Shown: piece by piece, positions 1-9,454 of the stretch | Position numbering within the stretch: position 1 is the stretch's first letter | Layout of the letters: each line of letters opens with the position of its first letter | Origin: Crocinitomicaceae bacterium | GTDB taxonomy: Bacteria > Bacteroidota > Bacteroidia > Flavobacteriales_D > Crocinitomicaceae | Reading direction: 5' to 3' | DNA: 40,696 nt | NCBI GenBank assembly: GCA_049416285.1 | Contig: JBMSGX010000001.1 | Coordinates: 1 to 40,696 of the forward strand | Notes under the pieces: model-generated | Databases searched by the model: none | Told to the model about the DNA's origin: nothing | The model's input: only the letters and a program-made list of their open reading frames with translations | Translations under genes and position numbers: made by a program

Positions 1-53
1 CTTTTTTATGACTATTATCATTTTATGGTCATTAACCTAATGACTATATTGCG

Positions 54-410
54 ATGAGATTAAACCTATTTCACATGAGTAACATTGAGACAGACTGGAC
101 AAGAGAAGAGTTTAAAGCATACTTGCTTTCTTACGCAGCACATTCTAATTTTTTCGAATCTGAAGAAGAATCAGAGTTGATACACTCTGTATGTTCCGAT
201 GAGGCGTATAAAAAGGTGCACCGGGAACTTAAGCATGACAATGACTATCAAAGCTTGCAAAAGATTCTTCACAATCTTGAGAAGTTCAATTACTCGAAAG
301 CAGAGGTCCACAAATTAGTTGAGGATATTCAAAAATTATTTCTGGCGAACGGTGAGATCGATCTTTTAGAATCGAACTTCTACCTTGCCCTTAAGAAGCT
401 GATCGACTAA
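54..410 (+). CDS. Small hypothetical protein (118 aa), possibly TerB-like
   Basis: Intact ORF. Helical, acidic sequence with an ...LFLANGEIDLLESNFYLALKKL motif resembling the ADGxxxxxE signature of TerB-type domains. The true start could be the internal Met at residue 8. Its stop codon directly abuts the ffh stop. Confidence 0.55.
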   Translation: MRLNLFHMSNIETDWTREEFKAYLLSYAAHSNFFESEEESELIHSVCSDEAYKKVHRELKHDNDYQSLQKILHNLEKFNYSKAEVHKLVEDIQKLFLANGEIDLLESNFYLALKKLID

Positions 411-1760
411 TTACATTCCCGGTAATCCGCCACCCATTCCTTTCATTTGCTTCATCATCTGACGCATTTGCTTTGGGTTGCTCATTACTTTCATCATCTT
501 CTTCGTGTCGTTGAACTGCTTCATCAGCTTGTTAACTTCTTGAAGGTCTCTACCACTACCCTTGGCAATTCTGTTTTTGCGGGAAGAGTTGATCATATCT
601 GGTTTTTCACGCTCCTCTGGAGTCATAGAGTAAATAATCGCTTCAATGTGCTTAAATGCATCATCATCAATATCCACATCCTTCATAGCTTTTCCCATTC
701 CAGGTAACATACCCATTAGGTCTTTTACATTACCCATTTTCTTAACCTGGTGAATCTGGCTTAGGAAGTCATTAAAATCAAACTGATTCTTCTTGATCTT
801 CTTTTGAAGTTTGCGTGCCTCCTCTTCATCGAACTGCTCCTGTGCTCGTTCAACAAGGGAAACAACATCCCCCATCCCTAGGATACGGTCTGCCATACGT
901 TTCGGATAGAATACATCAAGTGCGTCCATCTTCTCACCCGTACCAACAAATTTGATTGGCTTGTGAACAACGGCTTTAATTGATAACGCAGCACCACCAC
1001 GTGTATCACCATCCAATTTCGTTAGAACAACTCCGTCAAAGTCTATGCGCTCGTTGAAAGCTTTTGCCGTATTGACAGCATCCTGACCTGTCATGGCATC
1101 CACTACAAAAAGTGTTTCTGTTGGATTGATCGCCTTTTTAACTTGTTCGATCTCGGCCATCATTTGCTCATCAACAGCCAAACGTCCCGCTGTATCGACT
1201 AATACAACATTGTATCCGTTTGATTTTGCATGCTGAATAGCAGCCTCAGCGATCTTAACAGGATTCTTTTCCTCTTTGTTCGAATAAACGTCAATATTCA
1301 ACTGATCTCCGAGAACATGCAACTGATCTATCGCAGCCGGACGATAAACGTCACAGGCAACTAATAATGGCTTCTTACCTTTCTTGTTCTTCAGGTAATT
1401 TCCCAGCTTACCAGTGAATGTTGTTTTACCTGAACCCTGAAGCCCTGACATTAAAATAACCGCAGGACTTCCTTGAATGTTAATATCCTCTTCATTCCCA
1501 CCCATGAGCTCAACAAGTTCCTCATGGCAGATCTTCACCATCAATTGCCCCGGTGAAACGCTGTTCAGCACATCGCGACCTAGCGCTTTTTCTTTAACGG
1601 TGTTTGTGAAATCCTTCGCCAACTTGAAATTTACATCGGCATCAAGTAGCGCTCTCCTAACCTCTTTAAGGGTTTCAGCAACGTTGATCTCGCTGATCTG
1701 CCCTTGTCCTTTCAACACCTTAAAGGCTCTTTCAAACTTATCCGTTAAATTCTCAAACAT
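411..1760 (-). CDS. ffh: Signal recognition particle protein Ffh
   Basis: 449 aa. N domain, SRP54 GTPase with P-loop GLQGSGKTT and DTAGR, and a Met-rich M domain at the C terminus (MMKVMSNPKQMRQMMKQMKGMGG). Confidence 0.97.
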   Translation of the reverse strand: MFENLTDKFERAFKVLKGQGQISEINVAETLKEVRRALLDADVNFKLAKDFTNTVKEKALGRDVLNSVSPGQLMVKICHEELVELMGGNEEDINIQGSPAVILMSGLQGSGKTTFTGKLGNYLKNKKGKKPLLVACDVYRPAAIDQLHVLGDQLNIDVYSNKEEKNPVKIAEAAIQHAKSNGYNVVLVDTAGRLAVDEQMMAEIEQVKKAINPTETLFVVDAMTGQDAVNTAKAFNERIDFDGVVLTKLDGDTRGGAALSIKAVVHKPIKFVGTGEKMDALDVFYPKRMADRILGMGDVVSLVERAQEQFDEEEARKLQKKIKKNQFDFNDFLSQIHQVKKMGNVKDLMGMLPGMGKAMKDVDIDDDAFKHIEAIIYSMTPEEREKPDMINSSRKNRIAKGSGRDLQEVNKLMKQFNDTKKMMKVMSNPKQMRQMMKQMKGMGGGLPGM

Positions 1761-1922
1761 GTGATTTCAATTTTGGCATACAAAGATAGAAATTCAATAG
1801 CATCTTTAAAAGTCATTCTGGAAGGAATGTGCAATTGAAAAAATGAAGCACTTTTCAACAATAATAGGCTAAGTCAGAGAGATTTTATAGTTTAGATCAA
1901 AACAACATTTCATAGTAATTTA

Positions 1923-3257
1923 ATGGAGATTCTTATTATCCTTCTTCTTATTGGTATCCTTGTTATCCAATTGCTAATCCTTCTAAAATCCGGCAAACTC
2001 GATAGTGTAAAGCTTTCTGAAGACATTAGTACCCCTATCAAAAACGAATTGAAGGAAAACCGCTTCGAATTGAATACGAGTCTCAAAGACAATAGACACG
2101 AGCTTAATGATAACCTTGACCGCGTTTCTAAAAACATTGAAAGCAAGCTCCAAGCAATAAAAGAAGGGATTGATAAGAACTCGGCTGTTAATCGGGATGA
2201 ACTTAGCAAATCACTAAAAGAATTCGGTGAAACATTTAGCAAAAGTGTCACTGAATTTAACAACCTCCAAAAGGAGAAATTCGAAGCCATGGAAGGCAAA
2301 CAGGATGAGCTGGTGAAGTCTACCGAGCTTAAACTGGAAAAAATGCGTGAAACGGTTGATGAAAAACTTCACAAAACTTTGGAAGAAAGACTTGGACAAT
2401 CCTTTAAGTTAGTAAGTGAACGACTCGAAGCTGTACAAAAAGGATTGGGTGAAATGCAGAATCTAGCTACTGGAGTTGGTGATCTGAAAAAAGTATTGAG
2501 CAACGTAAAAACGCGTGGAGTTCTTGGTGAAATCCGTCTAGGAAATATTCTTGAACAGATCTTGGCGCCTGAGCAGTATGACGCGAACGTAAAAACAAAA
2601 TCAGGATCCAATGATCACGTAGAGTTTGCGATTAAGCTACCCGGTCGTGATGATGACGGTAAACAGGTTTATCTTCCAATAGATGCAAAATTCCCGCAAG
2701 AGGATTATGTCAGACTGCAGACAGCATACGACGAAGGAGACCTAGCAGGAATAGATACTGCTACACGCTCATTGACCAATTCAATTAAAAAATTCGCAAA
2801 GGAAATTCATTCAAAGTATATTGACCCTCCGAATACTACAGATTTTGGGATCATGTTCCTGCCTATTGAAGGGCTATTTGCAGAAGTAGTGCGCCAACCC
2901 GATCTTGTTGCTCTATTACAGCGTGAATACAAGATCATAATAACCGGACCTACAACTCTTGCAGCAATGCTGAACAGTCTGCAAATGGGCTTCAAAACAT
3001 TAGCTATTCAAAAACGAAGCAGCGAAGTATGGAAGATCCTTGGTGCGGTTAAAACAGAATTTAACAAATTCGGAGGTGTGCTCGAGAAAGCACAGAAAAA
3101 GATCAATGAAGCGAATAAGGAGATCGACACACTCGTAGGAACAAGAACACGTATGATGATGTCGAAACTTAAAAAGGTAGAAGAATTGCCCGCTGTTGAC
3201 AGTCAAAACGTTTTAGAAAACCTGGATCAACCAGAAAACGAAGAATCGAACGAATGA
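1923..3257 (+). CDS. rmuC: DNA recombination protein RmuC
   Basis: 444 aa. N-terminal TM helix, a long coiled-coil, and a C-terminal RmuC nuclease-like core (YLPIDAKFPQEDY and IMFLPIEGLF motifs). Confidence 0.92.
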   Translation: MEILIILLLIGILVIQLLILLKSGKLDSVKLSEDISTPIKNELKENRFELNTSLKDNRHELNDNLDRVSKNIESKLQAIKEGIDKNSAVNRDELSKSLKEFGETFSKSVTEFNNLQKEKFEAMEGKQDELVKSTELKLEKMRETVDEKLHKTLEERLGQSFKLVSERLEAVQKGLGEMQNLATGVGDLKKVLSNVKTRGVLGEIRLGNILEQILAPEQYDANVKTKSGSNDHVEFAIKLPGRDDDGKQVYLPIDAKFPQEDYVRLQTAYDEGDLAGIDTATRSLTNSIKKFAKEIHSKYIDPPNTTDFGIMFLPIEGLFAEVVRQPDLVALLQREYKIIITGPTTLAAMLNSLQMGFKTLAIQKRSSEVWKILGAVKTEFNKFGGVLEKAQKKINEANKEIDTLVGTRTRMMMSKLKKVEELPAVDSQNVLENLDQPENEESNE

Positions 3258-3973
3258 AACTAAATACTTTAATAGCACTGCTCTGCACAAGCTTTCTATT
3301 AGGGGCTTGCTTCTCAGAAAAAGATGAGGATATTGTGCATCATGACTTCAATGAAGATCATGTGGTAACACCTGTTATCCAAGAAATTCCAGCCGATACT
3401 CAAAAAATATGGCTTTCAGAAGAGGCCGTCGAGATCGACTTAGACTCGTTGATCCTTTCTTTAGACAGTCTGGAGTTCTTTATTGACACAACGAATAGTA
3501 CCGATGACTCAACATTTATCTATTTGGAGCTAGGTTCATCCCTTGCTGATCTGTATTTCGGGGTAAAAAGTATGTTTGACAGTGTTTCCACAACTGTGAT
3601 GTATCAATTTGAAACGAGCCTCACAATCTCCAATGAAGGTCCGCATTGCGATCTTATCGAATGGAAACATTTCACATCTGTACCGGATACACTATTAGCA
3701 GTTGATTCTAAAGGGGTTTATCAGTTCAAGAATGGCTACGAGGATAGTCTAAGCAGCGCATTCCCTGAAGTTAGTATGAAGGATGTCAGAAAGGCTATTT
3801 TAAATTCTTGTGGAGAACATTGGCTTGAACACACCAAAGAATCAAATTCAATTCACGAATACCCCTTCAGTGTATCTATCAGCAGGGAGATCATTAGAAT
3901 TTTAATTACAAATAATGAAGGCGAGATAATTCGCGAGAAATTTATAATTTTCGAAATACCCATGGGGTGCTAA
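3254..3973 (+). CDS. Hypothetical lipoprotein (239 aa)
   Basis: Start overlaps the rmuC stop (ATGA). Signal peptide with lipobox LLGAC. No recognisable domain. Confidence 0.75.
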   Translation: MKLNTLIALLCTSFLLGACFSEKDEDIVHHDFNEDHVVTPVIQEIPADTQKIWLSEEAVEIDLDSLILSLDSLEFFIDTTNSTDDSTFIYLELGSSLADLYFGVKSMFDSVSTTVMYQFETSLTISNEGPHCDLIEWKHFTSVPDTLLAVDSKGVYQFKNGYEDSLSSAFPEVSMKDVRKAILNSCGEHWLEHTKESNSIHEYPFSVSISREIIRILITNNEGEIIREKFIIFEIPMGC

Positions 3974-3989
3974 TTTTAAATAATAAAAT

Positions 3990-4784
3990 ATGAAAATCAA
4001 CTATTTACTACTATTCGGGCTTCTTACAACAATGACACTAGCTTCATGTGGAGGGGCAGAATCAACTGATGATGCAGCTGGAGAAACAGCAGAAACACAA
4101 GAAGAAACTGCCGAGCCTGAAGCGAAATCCTGCAAGCTAAAAAGCTACTCCTTCCAATTAGGAGACAAGTCACGAACATTGCACTTCAATTACGATGGTG
4201 ACAATCTCAAGACTCTGGAAATGACGGAAGCAGGTAATGATGAGAAGCAAGCTATGAACTATACGTACGATGAATCAGGTAATCTGAGCTCGTTTGAACT
4301 TGATAAAAGCAAAGCAACCTATGTTTACGACGCGGATGGGCGATTGATTGAGATCAAAGGAGAAGGTAACCTAAACACGCGTACTTTCGAGTATGACGAG
4401 GAAGGTAGAATGATCAAGCAAGTTACCCTATTCGGAGGAAAGCCATACACAACACATATTTACTCGTATGACAACGAAACCCCAACGAAGGTGGAATTAA
4501 TGATGAAAGGTGAATTGTATGAAACGTACGCATTACTTTTCGATGACAAGAAAAACCCATTGATGCACAAAGGAATCTTTGCTAACAGCGCAGAAATGAT
4601 GTTGGGATATGCTGTTGCTAACTTCCATCACAATGTAGTGACAGTAACTACTACGAACAAAAAGGGAGAAGAAGACAAACGTGAATATTCGTATGAATAT
4701 GATGAGAATGGCTACCCTACTTCAGAGAAACGTAAGCGCGGAGATCAGGAAATCGTTACAGTTTACGAATACGACTGCCAGTAA
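3990..4784 (+). CDS. Lipoprotein with YD/RHS-type repeats (264 aa)
   Basis: Lipobox LASC and an acidic linker, followed by about six YD-like motifs (YTYDESGNL, YVYDADGRL, FEYDEEGRM, YSYDNE, YSYEYDENGYP, YEYD). Confidence 0.75.
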   Translation: MKINYLLLFGLLTTMTLASCGGAESTDDAAGETAETQEETAEPEAKSCKLKSYSFQLGDKSRTLHFNYDGDNLKTLEMTEAGNDEKQAMNYTYDESGNLSSFELDKSKATYVYDADGRLIEIKGEGNLNTRTFEYDEEGRMIKQVTLFGGKPYTTHIYSYDNETPTKVELMMKGELYETYALLFDDKKNPLMHKGIFANSAEMMLGYAVANFHHNVVTVTTTNKKGEEDKREYSYEYDENGYPTSEKRKRGDQEIVTVYEYDCQ

Positions 4785-4804
4785 ATCCAGCGAACTATTT
4801 TGAT

Positions 4805-4829
4805 AGAGGGTCATTCGACCCTCTTTTTA
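4805..4829 (+). terminator. Rho-independent terminator after the rmuC/lipoprotein operon
   Basis: Perfect 7-bp stem AGAGGGT/ACCCTCT with a 6-nt loop, followed by TTTTT, 21 nt after the stop codon. Confidence 0.65.
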
Positions 4830-4892
4830 TTTGAACTCATTTCAAATTAGCACTCTACGTTCAACGCATTTCTAAATTATGTAATTTGGAGT

Positions 4893-5432
4893 ATGCCGTT
4901 TAATCGTCTTAACCACTCAGTTCTCGGTGAAATTCGTCCCAGATTTGCGCTCAAAGTTGAATGCGAACCTGAAGAGGCATTGAATCAGATAGAAAACTCA
5001 CTCATAAAGGACAGAACCGTTATCGGTGAACGTTCAAACAGTGTTATATTTCTTCATACCCCGAGCTGGGAAAGACATTATTGGTCTCCTGATATGACAG
5101 TTCGTATTGAAGTGGAAGAATACACAGATTATACAACTGTTTCTTGCCTCGTAGGACCTCGACAAGCCGTTTGGGCACTGTTCGCGTTCATCTATGCGGC
5201 AATAGGACTGGTAACAGTCTTTGGTGGAATCTTTGGATTAGTCGAACACAACACATCTGGCTCAAGCTTATGGATCTATGTTATTCCAATCGGAATAGTA
5301 CTTTTGTCGACGGTGTTTATCACGGCAAAATTTGGACAGCACAAAGGACGAGATCAGATGTTACACTTGATCAGTTTCCTTTATCATTCTCTCGAAGAGA
5401 TCACAGAAATTGAACGCATTGAACAACGTTAA
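4893..5432 (+). CDS. Hypothetical membrane protein (179 aa)
   Basis: Soluble N-terminal half, then two clear hydrophobic helices (VWALFAFIYAAIGLVTVFGGIFGLV and LWIYVIPIGIVLLSTVFITA). No family recognised. Confidence 0.7.
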   Translation: MPFNRLNHSVLGEIRPRFALKVECEPEEALNQIENSLIKDRTVIGERSNSVIFLHTPSWERHYWSPDMTVRIEVEEYTDYTTVSCLVGPRQAVWALFAFIYAAIGLVTVFGGIFGLVEHNTSGSSLWIYVIPIGIVLLSTVFITAKFGQHKGRDQMLHLISFLYHSLEEITEIERIEQR

Positions 5433-5450
5433 TTATTGCTCATTAACAAT

Positions 5451-6824
5451 ATGAAAAACACACTGAAAGTCCACTTTCTTGGCGCCTCCGGAACTGTGAC
5501 AGGTTCTAAATTTTTAATTGAAACAAACAATCATAAAATACTGATTGACTGTGGTTTATTTCAAGGATTAAAGAAGCTGAGGCAGATGAACTGGGATTAT
5601 TTACCGGTAAACGCCAATGAGATCGACTGCATCCTTCTAACCCATGGTCACCTGGATCATTGTGGGTTCATTCCAAGACTTGTTAATATGGGTTTCAAAG
5701 GTGAAATACTTGGAACTCAGCCCACGCTTAAGATCGCTGAGATCATCCTAAAAGACAGCGCAAAAATTCAAGAAGAGGAAGCAGCTAAAGCCAACAAATA
5801 TCATTATTCAAAACACGACCCGGCCGAACCCCTTTATACGATCAAAGATGCAGAAAAAGCGATTCAACACTTTTCCCCCATTCATGATAACCAATGGTAT
5901 GAAGTACGGGAAGGCATTAAGGCACGTTTCAGATATGCCGGACATATTATTGGAGCAACCTTCATTGAACTGAACGTTAATGGCGAAAGACTTGTTTTCT
6001 CAGGCGACCTTGGGAGACAAAACGACCTATTGATGCGGGCGCCTGAAACCCCGGCAAAAGCAGACTATCTATTCATTGAGAGTACGTACGGAAATAAAAT
6101 TCATCCAATCGTCGACATCGAACAAAAACTAGCAGATATAATTCAGCACACTTACGACAAGGGAGGAAACCTGATCATTCCAGCCTTTGCAGTGGAAAGA
6201 GCACAGCTCTTGATGTTCATCCTTTGGAAATTGAGAATGAAGCGTAAGATCCCATCTATCCCAATGGTATTAGACTCACCAATGGGATCGAATGTGCTTA
6301 AGGTCTTCGGAAATTATTCAGAATGGCACAAAATGAGTAATGCAGATTGTCAAGCGATGTGTGATAGCTTTATCATTGTAGAAGATTACAGAGAGACACT
6401 TCAGCTATCTCAAGACAATACAAGCAAGATCATCATTGCAGGAAGCGGAATGGTTACAGGGGGACGTGTCCTTAATTATCTTGTCGAGCTCCTCGATGAT
6501 ACCGCTACATCCATTTTTCTGGTTGGTTTCCAAGCTGAAGGAACAAGAGGTAGAGACCTTTTGGAAGGAGCTTCGGAGCTAAAGATCTTTGGAAAGTATT
6601 TCCCTGTGAAAGCTGAGGTTTTCAGCGATGAATCAATGTCAGCGCATGGCGATCAAAAAGACCTTCTTGACTGGGTGAGCAACATAGTTACTCCACCTAA
6701 AAATACATTCATTATCCACGGAGAACCCCATGCAGCTGATGCACTAAGAAGAAAATTCGAAGACACCTTAAAATGGAAGGCTCATATTCCTGAACTTTAT
6801 GAGATCGTTGACCTATCGAATTAA
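5451..6824 (+). CDS. MBL-fold metallo-hydrolase with beta-CASP/RNA-specificity domain
   Basis: HGHLDHCG (HxHxDH) motif, beta-CASP-type later motifs and a C-terminal ...SAHGDQ... His motif. I place the start at ATG 5451 (MKNTLKVHFLG...) rather than the TTG at 5436 in the ORF track. Confidence 0.9.
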   Translation: MKNTLKVHFLGASGTVTGSKFLIETNNHKILIDCGLFQGLKKLRQMNWDYLPVNANEIDCILLTHGHLDHCGFIPRLVNMGFKGEILGTQPTLKIAEIILKDSAKIQEEEAAKANKYHYSKHDPAEPLYTIKDAEKAIQHFSPIHDNQWYEVREGIKARFRYAGHIIGATFIELNVNGERLVFSGDLGRQNDLLMRAPETPAKADYLFIESTYGNKIHPIVDIEQKLADIIQHTYDKGGNLIIPAFAVERAQLLMFILWKLRMKRKIPSIPMVLDSPMGSNVLKVFGNYSEWHKMSNADCQAMCDSFIIVEDYRETLQLSQDNTSKIIIAGSGMVTGGRVLNYLVELLDDTATSIFLVGFQAEGTRGRDLLEGASELKIFGKYFPVKAEVFSDESMSAHGDQKDLLDWVSNIVTPPKNTFIIHGEPHAADALRRKFEDTLKWKAHIPELYEIVDLSN

Positions 6825-6863
6825 TAAAATTAAAAACCTTATACCTTTGCAAAAAACCAACTA

Positions 6864-7316
6864 ATGAAAAATACTTTTATTTTAATCGCAATTGCCGCAG
6901 CACTCTATGCTTGCGGGGAAACTCAAAAGAACTTCGGACCTGCTGAGGTTGATCCTTCAAAAGCCATCTCAGTAAAAGAAATGCTTACTGAAATGGATGA
7001 AGCATCCGAGGCTAAAGAATTTACGTTCGAAGGTGAGTTAACAGAAGTTTGCTCAAAAGCAGGATGTTGGGTAAACATTGATAAAGGTGACGGTGAGACA
7101 TTTATGGTTCGCTTTAAAGATCACTTTACTATCCCAACTGACACGAAAGTTGGAGCTAGTGCTTATTTCCACGGAACAGCATACTGGGATACTATCCCGG
7201 TTGATATGCTTCAACACTTCGCTGAAGACGCAGGGAAAAGCAAAGAAGAAATCAATGCGATCAATGAACCTAAATTTGAACTAGGTTTCGAAGCGGACGG
7301 AATCCTGCTCAAATAG
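6864..7316 (+). CDS. DUF4920-like lipoprotein (150 aa)
   Basis: Lipobox LYAC and a CSKAGCWVNI ... VRFKDHFTIP pattern typical of DUF4920 proteins. Confidence 0.8.
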   Translation: MKNTFILIAIAAALYACGETQKNFGPAEVDPSKAISVKEMLTEMDEASEAKEFTFEGELTEVCSKAGCWVNIDKGDGETFMVRFKDHFTIPTDTKVGASAYFHGTAYWDTIPVDMLQHFAEDAGKSKEEINAINEPKFELGFEADGILLK

Positions 7317-7337
7317 TCGCCAGAACAATATCTTTTA

Positions 7338-7364
7338 GAGGGAGGCCAATTGCCTCCCTTTTTT
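7338..7364 (+). terminator. Rho-independent terminator
   Basis: Stem GGGAGGC/GCCTCCC with loop CAATT, followed by TTTTTT. Lies 22 nt after the DUF4920 stop and only about 14 nt before the next ATG. Confidence 0.65.
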
Positions 7365-7377
7365 GTACATTCATAGT

Positions 7378-7749
7378 ATGATCAAACAACTGGAACATAT
7401 TATTGGACGGGTTATTTCGGATGCCGTGAGAATTGATGGGAATGCACATCCGGATGAATTACAGGTTGCTAAGCAGCTCTTAGACGACTGGAGACAAATT
7501 GAATTTCATGGAGAGCTAATAGATTTCAATGCGTGGTATATCTTTCAAGACCAGTTCAAGGAAGATCAAGACGAACTCATAACTTACAGGGAACTAGAAG
7601 CTTTCATGGAAAAATATAAAAAAGATCTTCCGGAAAACTTTGGAAATGACCTCGTTGAAGCCTGTTACCGCATTGCTTCAGCAACATCACAGCGAAATAA
7701 GGCTGAGCTTGTCTTCATGAGTAAGATTCGCTCCATCGTGGAGAAATAG
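7378..7749 (+). CDS. Small hypothetical protein (123 aa), possibly TerB-like
   Basis: Helical protein with RIDGNAHPDELQVAKQLL and IASATSQRNKAELVFMSKI segments resembling the two halves of a TerB-type domain. Start moved to ATG 7378 (the ORF track used TTG 7363, which lies inside the terminator T-tract). Confidence 0.6.
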   Translation: MIKQLEHIIGRVISDAVRIDGNAHPDELQVAKQLLDDWRQIEFHGELIDFNAWYIFQDQFKEDQDELITYRELEAFMEKYKKDLPENFGNDLVEACYRIASATSQRNKAELVFMSKIRSIVEK

Positions 7750-9453
7750 CTACCAGCCACCTCCACCTCCGCCGCCACCGCCGCCGCCGGAAAAACCACC
7801 ACCACTGCTTGACGATCCCCCTGATCCCGGTGGAGTTGCCGCGGAACTGATAGCAGTTGACAGGTTTGATGAAAAAGTTGCAAAATGTGCAGCAGAAACA
7901 CCATGAAAATATCCCATACGCGAAGGCATTTGCTCCTTGATCATTACCGGGTCAAACTTCCTTTGCCATTCCTTCGCTAAACCTAACGCGATCGCAAAAG
8001 GTAAATTCTCTTCAAAATGATCAAAACTAAGGTCAGGTGGATTTAAAGCTTTAATTCGATTTACGTCAGCATATTTCATATACATTTTAAAGCCGTCTAT
8101 CTCATCCATTTTCTGTCTCCCAAGATTAGTTGGCTGTTCATAAAGCCTATTAAAAATGATATTTAATACTAAATGTAATACCCCTCCTACGATTATCATT
8201 GGAATCAGCCCTCCATAGAACCAATAAGCCAGGGTTCCAAGACCAACAGTTAGCAACAGCGGCAAGAATTGCTTTGCCTTTAAATGGTTGTTCCGGAGAT
8301 AATACACCTTGTCTTGTTTTTTATCCAAACGTGCATCGAGCAGCTTATATGCAGATGCGACACGTGCATTATACTTCCCGTCTTTGATCACCATCAGATC
8401 TTTAGAGCCAAAGATCCTATCATAAAACGCTTCCTCAATATCATTCAACGGTTTTTTAGCCTTATCCAACGGAAGCCTTGTGATGATATAGTTTGTATCT
8501 CCGAAAATGCCTTTCTGTTCCTTTTGTTCAATCTCAACAACCCCTTTTACAGCTAACCCTACCAATTGAGCTCCAAACATCTCATTAGTTGAACGGCCTT
8601 CCTTATCCAAATAAGCGCATTCGGCCGGTGAAAAACCTTCAGGCGCATAGTATCGTGGGATGATCACCCCTGGTTTGGGATCTCTACCGTAACGGTGCCA
8701 TGAAATAAAATTGAAGACAAACCCAATAACCACACCAACCAGCACTGCAAATAAGATCGCATAGGTCTTCAGGAAATGAATAAACTTATCAAACCCTGTA
8801 GGATATGACACAGCTCCTTTACTCCAGCCAACAGAAACGGTTAGATTTTCTCTTGAATATAACGGCTTTGTTGTCTTAAAAAAAACCGATGTCCCATCTT
8901 CATGGACAATATAATCGCTACCTGATTCTCCATAACCACCAGTATAAGCCGTGTAAGCAACCAATTCAGCACCTTCCGGCAAGTGAACTGTGGCAGAAAC
9001 AGAATCAATGATAAAATCCCAGCCGGCACCGTTAATATTCCAATAGAACTCATCCCTATCATCAAAATATCCTAGAACATTGTCTACCCTATATTTTATG
9101 GTATATGTATAATATCCCTCTGGTAAAAAGACTTCTTCCGAGCCAATATAAATCGCTATCCCATTGGATCTCCATTTTGTGTGATACGCCTCTGGCTTAC
9201 CATCCTTCAAAACTTCCAGCAACTCAAAACCAACGTGGTAGTTCCCGCCCTCATAGATATATGACAATGGCAACTCGCGATAGATTCCACGCTTTATATC
9301 ATACCCGGCAGCATACACCTTGATGGTTTCCGTAACTACAACCTCAGTGGACTTTTGCACCTTTAGATCACTGTGATAAGTTAAGATATGCTCATACTCT
9401 GCCGACGCCTTAAGACCAACAAAACAGATCAGGAATATAATTAGAAACTTCAT
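7750..9453 (-). CDS. DUF2207 domain membrane protein with Gly-rich C-terminal tail
   Basis: 567 aa. Signal peptide, a beta-rich extracytoplasmic domain, several TM helices, and a C terminus of SGGSSSSGGGFSGGGGGGGGGGGW. Sits 1 nt downstream of lemA, which is the usual LemA/DUF2207 pairing. Confidence 0.88.
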   Translation of the reverse strand: MKFLIIFLICFVGLKASAEYEHILTYHSDLKVQKSTEVVVTETIKVYAAGYDIKRGIYRELPLSYIYEGGNYHVGFELLEVLKDGKPEAYHTKWRSNGIAIYIGSEEVFLPEGYYTYTIKYRVDNVLGYFDDRDEFYWNINGAGWDFIIDSVSATVHLPEGAELVAYTAYTGGYGESGSDYIVHEDGTSVFFKTTKPLYSRENLTVSVGWSKGAVSYPTGFDKFIHFLKTYAILFAVLVGVVIGFVFNFISWHRYGRDPKPGVIIPRYYAPEGFSPAECAYLDKEGRSTNEMFGAQLVGLAVKGVVEIEQKEQKGIFGDTNYIITRLPLDKAKKPLNDIEEAFYDRIFGSKDLMVIKDGKYNARVASAYKLLDARLDKKQDKVYYLRNNHLKAKQFLPLLLTVGLGTLAYWFYGGLIPMIIVGGVLHLVLNIIFNRLYEQPTNLGRQKMDEIDGFKMYMKYADVNRIKALNPPDLSFDHFEENLPFAIALGLAKEWQRKFDPVMIKEQMPSRMGYFHGVSAAHFATFSSNLSTAISSAATPPGSGGSSSSGGGFSGGGGGGGGGGGW

Positions 9454-9454
9454 G

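Noticed and set aside
1-53. Repeated ATGACTAT motif (8-15 and 40-47) flanking ATGGTCAT upstream of the first ORF
   Set aside because: It sits at the window edge with incomplete context. The motifs are short and AT-rich, so chance matches are likely and there is not enough support to call an operator.
447-1764. Plus-strand ORFs 447-707 and 1477-1764 inside ffh
   Set aside because: They lie antisense to a very well supported ffh gene, and their translations are low-complexity (His/Leu- or Ser-rich).
1910-2611. Minus-strand ORFs 1910-2299, 2214-2399 and 2369-2611 overlapping rmuC
   Set aside because: They are antisense shadows of the coiled-coil region of rmuC. Their translations are Ser/Leu/Phe-rich low complexity with no signal or domain.
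3990-4784. Rhs/YD polymorphic toxin
   Set aside because: The protein is only 264 aa with a handful of YD motifs. It has no Rhs core, PxxxxDPxGL cleavage motif, C-terminal toxin domain or immunity gene, so it is more likely a small YD-repeat lipoprotein.
5144-5413. 89-aa alternative-frame ORF inside the membrane protein gene
   Set aside because: It is fully embedded in a better ORF that has clear TM helices. Its translation is Arg/Ser/Thr-rich and featureless.
7752-7800. GGN-rich tract as a possible phase-variation simple sequence repeat
   Set aside because: The tract is an imperfect mix of GGT, GGC and GGA codons, not a homopolymer or perfect short repeat. Slippage would mostly be in frame, and a Gly-rich tail is typical of DUF2207 proteins.
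7665-7904. 79-aa minus-strand ORF spanning the TerB-like/DUF2207 junction
   Set aside because: It is an alternative frame of the GC-rich Gly-tail tract and overlaps two better supported genes.
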